From contig NC_043008.1 in the NCBI RefSeq assembly GCF_006345805.1, positions 60,140,001-60,204,000 on the forward strand: a DNA stretch of 64,000 nt, written 5' to 3'. Source of the DNA: Octopus sinensis (Eukaryota). Both the position numbers and the translations under genes were made by a program. Under the pieces are notes generated by a model. The model was not told where the DNA came from. It saw only the letters and a list, made by a program, of their open reading frames with translations, and ran no database searches. Positions within the stretch are counted from its first letter, which is position 1; every line of letters begins with the position of its first letter. This document shows, piece after piece, positions 55,676 through 64,000 of this stretch.

Positions 55676-56466
55676 ATTTTCTAATGAGAATACCAAACAA
55701 TTCACAACAACTTACAAGAGTACAACTTAAGCACTTCAGCACTAAATTTTCCCTGGTATATTTGCACTTGGATTGATATTAACAATGCTGGAAATTAGAG
55801 AACAAGTTTAAGAATAGAAGATAACTTATCGATTAGAAATATTTACTCATTGTTTTATTTCTTTTTTTTATTTTGCATGTTAGGTAAATATTTTCATAAA
55901 AATATTTCCATGAATTAAAGGCATGCCTGTTTCTGGGACTTAGTAATACATAAATATTCGTTATATTATTAGACATTGGTATTCTGTCATCTACGAGAGA
56001 TATGAGTGGCTAGCCTATGAATGGTGTTTTATGATTAATAGATTTTTGAACGATGATTAACCATTATATTCTAATGTTGCTTTCGAAGAATTAGCGATAC
56101 ACAACTTACAATCGTAGTAAAATAGCCAATATATATAATGTGTGTGCGCGCGTGTTTGTACATACATCTGCGCGCACACACAAACAGCTTAAATCCTATG
56201 AGTTAAGTCAGTACCAACGCACGAAACAGAGAGGAAAAATATCAATTTATCATATTTCTTCCCGTACTGAATGGAGGTAAACATGACCTTAGTGTGCTTA
56301 AATCTGGTTAACCCATTTTCCTACCCTTCATCTGCCGCTGCAACAGCCCTTTAAATATGCTCGAGTAATTCTGAGAAATAGACTGTACCGTCCCTTCAAC
56401 CAATGTATTTCGTAATGGAATTCCTTTGTTGTACAAGTTATAGAATTTAACGTGTTCTCTGTCCAG

Positions 56467-56475
56467 GTCTCAAAG
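56467..56475 (+). other. Candidate 9-nt microexon
   Basis: tttaacgtgttctctgtccAG|gtctcaaag|GTACGT. Confidence 0.2.
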
Positions 56476-56791
56476 GTACGTGGGTCATTGATTCCTCTCA
56501 ATGGTCACACAATAAACTATCCTCTGTAACGAGACACAGCTCTTTGTAATGTGGGTACCACTTTAAGATTGAACTAAGCGGCTCGTAGTCCTCACTCTAT
56601 TTTATGAATAATCAAGATTGAAAGTATTCGTCTGTTAAGTACAGAGTAGTTTCAAAATGAAGATGTCATACGTCAGTCCTTAGTGCTAATCCGTTCGTAC
56701 CGAATTTAAAAGTTATTTATTAATGATAAATCAGAACGTGATTTATATTACCTCAGTGAAACTAAACAGATAATATGTTGAGCATCAGCTA

Positions 56792-56792
56792 G

Positions 56793-56883
<91 letters not shown>

Positions 56884-56905
56884 ATTCTATCTATCTATCT
56901 ATCAT

Positions 56906-56973
<68 letters not shown>
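56792..56973. repeat. (TCTA)n microsatellite with a duplicated atcattct interruption
   Basis: Direct reading. Confidence 0.95.
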
Positions 56974-58695
56974 CGGCATGGAATTCATTAATCATTTAAG
57001 TTACTTTTTATTGTTAAATCGCTGAAATTTGTTGCTAATAAATATAATATTTGATAAAAGATTTGTATTGAATAAGAGCAGAATGCTGATGGCCTAAGCA
57101 GTTAAAGTTTTATGATGTCAACTATTCGCAAGTACTAACACAGTACATGGAACTTGTCTGCTTGATCAGTATTATCCTGGGGATAAATAGAGGTAACAAC
57201 TGCAACAACAATAAGAAACTACGTTGTTAGTTTTTGCTTATTGTAGACACGAACAGATAATTCAATTGAATATACGTTCTTAGCAGACTAAATATATAAC
57301 GATTCCAACGTCTAAACTTGGCAGAATATATGTTTAAAACACATCTGCTTCGGCAGTAATTCGGAACGGAAGTACATTAGACTATTTTCAAACTCTAACC
57401 AACCAGCAGGAGGTTTTAATAACATTAATAAATTTGATTATAGATATTTAATGATGCTTCCAGTTTTGCCAGCAATGGCTAAAAATTGATGAAATTTTCG
57501 TTTTAATAAAAAGACTATTAAATGTACATAGTGAATTATTATTTCTTCAGAAATCTTCATTTCATTTTCTCCGCACTCAAAATATCAGCACTTTATTATT
57601 TATATATTTAAAGTTATTATATTTATTTTAATTATTTCATGTAATTCTTCACTAGTCTGTCATATTGTTGTTAAATATTCTTAGCCTTTTCTTTGTGCAT
57701 TTTTGTTTCTTTACTTCTATTTTTATCATTCATTCCTCCATATTTTTATTCTTCGTGAAAAATTAAATTGACCAGCTAATCAAGACTGAAATTAATTTTC
57801 AGCTTTAAAAAAAATTAAAAAATAGGAAATATTAAAATAAATAAATAAATAAATGAAAATATAATAAAAAGCTTAATACTAAGAGAAAAATGGAGACGCA
57901 AAGAGACGAAAATATAAAACCGTTTGAATAAAATGGTATAAAAATTAAAAGAATTGTTTTTATTCTTTTGAAAAGGAAATTTTAATAAAGAAAATGTGAT
58001 CGTATCGTTTAGATATTTACATTCGATAAAGGTTAAAATATGTGTACGTGCATTTGTTTGTATATGTGAATATGTCTTGTAAATAGGGAGGTGGGTTGGA
58101 GGGAAAGAAATGATAAAAGGGATGAGTGGGGGAGAGAAAGAGTAAATGGGGAGGAGGTTGATGGGAGATAATCTGCAGTTTAAGATCTAAGAAGCCATTC
58201 ATTGTTGAATGATAGTAACGTGAATTGTCTGAAAAACTGGGAAGTTGATATGATGTATTCACCTTTGTATCTTGAAAGACAAAAGGTAAAGAAATTCAAT
58301 TTCTCATTAAAGATATCTTAGAGGAAAAGTAGTTTTGTTTTCATATCAGAAATGAAACTGGAAAACAATATCAAAAAAGAAACCAAGATGTTATTATTTA
58401 AAGTTTACAAGTTTACAAGATAATACAATAGGAAGACTTGACTATATTCTATGTGCTTTATCGTATTAAATAGCTTTGGTTTTCTCTTCATCTCGAAAGA
58501 AACATTAAAGAATCCAGACTCCTTTATAAAAATATAGTTAATAAATATAATAAGTCAATTAATTAGTTTTTGTTTTCAAATACAGAGATCATAACATCAA
58601 AACAGCTACCATAATGCTACAATTCGTAAAACGAAAACAAACTCTCTTTCTCTCTCTCGCTCTTTCTCACTCTCTCTCATTTTGCCTCCACTCTT

Positions 58696-58812
<117 letters not shown>

Positions 58813-59535
58813 TATAAACAAATATCTCTCCCTCTCCCTACCCTCACACTCACACATATACATGTATATATTCATAATTTTAGATCTCTATAGACTTCAA
58901 TAACAGTAGTAGCAATATATATGTGTACGTGTTTGTATACATGTATTCAAGATCCTTAAGATCTATAGACCCCCAGTTAGAGTAGTCCCTATATATGTAA
59001 GTGTGTGTTTGTATGTTGTATGTGTGTCCGTGGATCTGTGCACGCTTGGCAATGCTTTGATCAATCTATCGATCTCTAGACCGCTTACAGCCTGTAGATG
59101 TTGAAAGTACAGTTTTCCTGATTACAAGATACACTACAATCCACAGATATTTGTTTTACTGGCCACAGCCAATAGTTGTCAATTCTGAACATTCGTAGCC
59201 TCAAGATGTTAAATCGTATCAAACGGAATCGATGACATGTTGACTCTGCTGGGTGACTGCATCTTACAATAGATCAATTATATTGATTTTCCTGATCCTA
59301 CTATAATAAAAGATCAAATGCACTCTCATAATTTGAAGGATTCTAACAAAGCTATATTTCAACTAGACATAAGTGAAAAGCTTATAAAATTTAGAGTCAG
59401 TAACAAATTCATGTTGGATAGTGGATCTGATAATTCTGAACCTTTCTTTGTAGATCTATGATCAAGAAACTTCTAGAAACACCCGTTCCATATTCTATTC
59501 AAATATAGTGTATTTAAAACTACATTATCATTATA

Positions 59536-59955
59536 GGCGCAGGAGTGGCTGTGTGGTAAGTAGCTTGCTAACCAACCACATGATTCCGGGTTCAGTCCCA
59601 CTGCGTGGCATCTTGGGCAAGTGTCTTCTGCTATAGCCCCGGGCCGACCAATGCCTTGTGAGTGGATTTGGTAGACAGAAACTGAAAGAAGCCAGTCGTA
59701 TATATGTATATATATATATGTATATGTATGTGTGTGTGTTTGTGTGTCTGTGTTTGTCCCCCTAGCATTGCTTGACAACCGATGCTGTTGTGTTTACGTC
59801 CCCGTCACTTAGCGGTTCGGGAAAAGAGACTGATAGAATAAGTACTGGGCTTACAAAGAATAAGTCTCGGGGTCGATTTACTCGACTAAAGTCGGTGCTC
59901 CAGCATGGCCGCAGTCAAATGACTGAAACAAGTAAAAAGAGTAAAAAAAAGAGTA
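59536..59955 (+). mobile_element. SINE family A, full length
   Basis: Matches the family-A consensus. Confidence 0.9.
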
Positions 59956-60479
59956 TCAATTGTATTCTTGCTCTCTTTAAAGATTTCAGAATGTGATACA
60001 ATGAAAATTTAACTGTTATATCAGGTAAATTGAGTGACCATATATGAGTATCCTGTAGCTAATCAATTGCTGTAGTTTTATCTATGTAATTAGTATTTAG
60101 TTTCTAGGGATTTAGCAACATCATTATAAACCCATTAATTTCATGATAATATCTGGTAGCATTAATGATTATTTTATAAATTTTTCCGCTACAAACATTT
60201 TTATAAAATAAATGTCAGGAAAAGAGTAGTTTATTTGCACAGAATCTGTAAATATGTAATTAGAGTGCATCACACCATATGTGCTTAACCATATGTTGGC
60301 ACGATTTAGTGGGTTACATTGTTAATTATTTACAGTTAATTTAATGTATGGTAGCTTTTGATGGCCACTGTAGATTTATATTAAATACGCTCTCATATTT
60401 GCAGATATAACAAATAGAATACTGTTCCTGAATATTGTAAATCTAGTGTTATTGTCACACAACACGCTGGATAGATTAC

Positions 60480-60646
60480 GTGCCTGTGTGGTAAGTAGCT
60501 TGCTTAGCAACCACATAATTCCGGGTTCAGTTCCACTGCGTGGCACCTTGGGCGAGTGTCTTCTACTATAGCCTCGAGCCGACCAAAGTCTTGTGAATGG
60601 ATTTGGTAGACGGAAACTGAAAGAAGCCAGTCGTATACATGTATAT

Positions 60647-60731
<85 letters not shown>

Positions 60732-60840
60732 TATTTGTTTGTCTGTGTTTGTTCCCCAACATCGCTTGACAACCGATGCTGGTGTGTTTTGAGTCCCCGT
60801 AACATTAGCGGTTCGGTAAAAGAGACCGATAGAATAAATA
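60480..60840 (+). mobile_element. SINE family A, truncated at both ends, with an expanded internal (TA)n(TG)n
   Basis: Matches the consensus up to gaccgatagaataa. Confidence 0.85.
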
Positions 60841-61019
60841 TGCATTTCGTTATAGTTAATATTTTCAAGGAATTGATAACCAGAAAATGAGTTAGTTAGT
60901 TGTGTCTTGCTGTTTGAATAATCCACATGAAAGATTCTGCGTCAATCTCTTAAGATATGTAGGATTTATTTTGTTCTGTTATCATACGTAGAAGATCGGT
61001 GGGTTGACAGAATCTTTAG

Positions 61020-61205
61020 AGAACTGAATGCCTTCCTGTATTTATTACAGTTCTTTACGTTCTGATTCAAGTTCTATCGAGGTCGACTTCGCCTTTCCTC
61101 CTGCTTACCTCGATAAAAGAACGCACCAGTTAAATCCTGGGGCTTATTTTATCGACTAAAATACTACCCTCAAAATTATTGACCTTGTTCTTAAATTAGA
61201 AACAA
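61020..61205 (+). mobile_element. SINE family B, decayed
   Basis: ttctgattcaagttctatcgaggtcgacttcgcctttcctcc. Confidence 0.65.
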
Positions 61206-63371
61206 TTAATTATTTAGTAGCAGCCGAGAATGAGTATGTTAACAGGCACACTACTGAAAACTCTTAATATATGCTACGTCTTCTAGATTCCATTCTTTGA
61301 AAGTGCCTTTCCATCACATCTGCATGTGGTGAAACCTTTCTCTCCTTTCTTCACTTAGCATTTTACAAGGTTGATGGCGCTTCTATTCCTTTTAGTTAAT
61401 GAAAAATCTAAATTGCAGTTAAACCAGCCATAGATATTTTTTTTTTTATCTAAGTTCTTAAATATTCCACTCTATAGAATTTTATCTTTATACTGTTGAG
61501 ACTTCGATTCTTTCTTACTCGTTTTGTAATTTCATTTTTAGGCTCCATCATATTTCTCTCCACGACTCATTAATTTCTTCTCTGTTCATTCTGATTATCA
61601 ACAAAGTGTACTTCTCCTCTGAAGCTTATCCTTTTAATAGAACAGTATTATTACCCGAACTCTTCTCTTTCCTCCCTGCAGTATTTATCCATTCACACTT
61701 TTCCATTGCTATGTAACATGTCACTCTAACTTTTGTTCCCTTATATTAAGCTTATATTCACTTGACGCTTTTCCCTCTTTTCTTCTGTGATGAATAGCAT
61801 AACGTCAATTGTTTGTCTGTAAAGCAAGAGATTCCTTTATAGGGTTGTCGTTAAAGATTCCAACCAACATTTCTATAACTGCTTATGTAACTGAACTATT
61901 TTCAACATAACCCAGCCTATGAAACTACTGCTCAATTTATGGCTTTCACTAAATCCGTTTTGTATACTTGCAGAATTTTCATTCCGATTACGAATTCATT
62001 ATTGGAAATTACTGGGATTTTTTTTCTTTACCTTTCCTCGTTTAATTTTTGCCTTCTTTGCGGGAATATATAGAAATAATACTCCTTTCAAATCTCCTCC
62101 AAATTTTATGCCGGCACGGTCTGTATTTATTGCCATACAATAGCAAGCTCCTTTGTCGTATTTAATATGATAACAGATTTCTTTCCGAAAATATTTAATT
62201 TTCAATGATTATTATACACCTGCTGTTTTAGAGTGTTAAGAAAATAATTTACGGTCCTTGAAAATCTGACAGTTATCGATGCATGAAAACCCGCCCCTTC
62301 AAGGCAACTGATGTTGTCGTGAGGAAATATGGCTATTTCACGGGTGATAAAGTTTAACACTAGTGTCATCCCAGACGTTGGTCTATCCATCCTACAGTTG
62401 TATCTTAGTAAAGCTTACTACTAAATTCTTACGACAATTATCTTCCTGCGACATGATTGAGAAATGATTTTGTACCATTTAGAGGTTTTTCTAGAAATGA
62501 CGGTAGAAAAGGTGCTATCGCTCTTTCATTCACTCTGAATATACACGTTTTTGTTATTACGTTGAAGAGCTTAATAGATAAGCTCTGATAATAAATTGTT
62601 ATTGTTTTTGTTGCAAGACCTCAGGTCTCCCTTTCATGAAGACTTTATAATAAAAGGTGTATCAAACGTGACCATTTCAACATTCTCATTGTCAAATGGC
62701 ATCTGATTTATCAATATCAACTGGGTATTTTTTTTTGTCAATAGTGCCTTATGCTATGATGATGTGTGGTATATTTCCCTACTCTTTCCAGCAGGTTTAA
62801 CAGCCGAAAGACTTGGCCCTTGGCATATGTCCAGCTTGGTGCATTCACATTATGACACAATTATCATAATTTATGTATGCTAGACTTAAATATATCCGAC
62901 GTATCAAATTTAATGTATTTGCAGACTTACTTGATATAAGAATTTCTTGAAAAATGATACATAGATAGCTTTGAATACAGCTGTGCCTTTGTCTGTTGAT
63001 GTATTTTGCAATGTACCTAAATATAGAAGATATGAATTCGCACGAGGTTTCACCGGATTCTGACCCATTGTATCATTTATGTATATAAAAACATGGGAAA
63101 ACTTCAAATCGACCTCAAATTAACTCCAATTTACAGACCTCAAGTTAACTCCAGTTTACAGAAGTCTCGAGTAGTCCTCCAAATAAAATTTGTCTATTTT
63201 CATATATATATACATGTCTTGAACTGACATTTTATCCAGTTTGTCAAAATAATATCATTTGTCAACATTAATATAAGGCTTTAAGCGTAAATATTTTCAG
63301 TATTCTGTTAGACTCTTAAATAAATGACACATGTGTGAGTGTCCCTGTATGTGTGTTCATGAGTGCATGTT

Positions 63372-63590
<219 letters not shown>

Positions 63591-64000
63591 AGTATCTACA
63601 TTTATTTTCTCAACAATTGATAACTTGTAAATTTTCTCATATAGTTTTTGACAAACTTGATACATTTCATATCAACTCTTAGTTCCTCTGAGGAAATGTC
63701 TGCCGAGATTTTTCTTACTTTTGAAATAAGTTTATTTTATCAATATGCAATGTATAGAAAGTTTCACCTTATATATAAAGTACGTTATCAATGGGTGAAA
63801 AGGTTATACTTTTCGTCTTGGCTTCTTTTTATGAAATTTTCTGAAGATTTTAAAATTACGTTTTCAGTAGATTCATGCGAGTATTTTTCTCGTCAATGCA
63901 TCACCAGGTGCAAGTCTATATTCGGAAGTGTGTAATATTGTCTGTCCTTTCGTAAAGTGGGAAGGTGTTACATTCAATTTGCTGTGATGTCGGATATTTT

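Noticed and set aside
61999-62390. Helitron helicase remnant (ACYCMAINT resembling LAYAMTINK)
   Set aside because: No SQGQ or other helicase motifs nearby

Overview
AT-rich, repeat-dominated animal genomic DNA. The SINE families and the extreme density of (TA)n, (GATA)n and trinucleotide microsatellites point to an octopus (coleoid cephalopod); this is inference. No full-length recognisable gene is present, and nearly all ORFs in the track are microsatellite translations. Supported features: four tRNA-headed SINE families (called A-D here), two unrelated mariner fragments, a decayed Penelope-like GIY-YIG relic, a ~200-bp foldback/MITE, several local duplications and many microsatellites. Best leads: (1) head-to-tail SINE-B arrays that always restart at the same two positions of the SINE head; (2) a possible small multi-exon gene (TATA box, signal-peptide exon at 31244, phase-compatible exons at 34100 and 35823); (3) a decayed minimal-hammerhead-like motif at 22083; (4) a tetranucleotide ladder flanked by a 14-bp direct repeat; (5) SINE module and tail exchange. 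All alignments were done by eye and no database searches were run.
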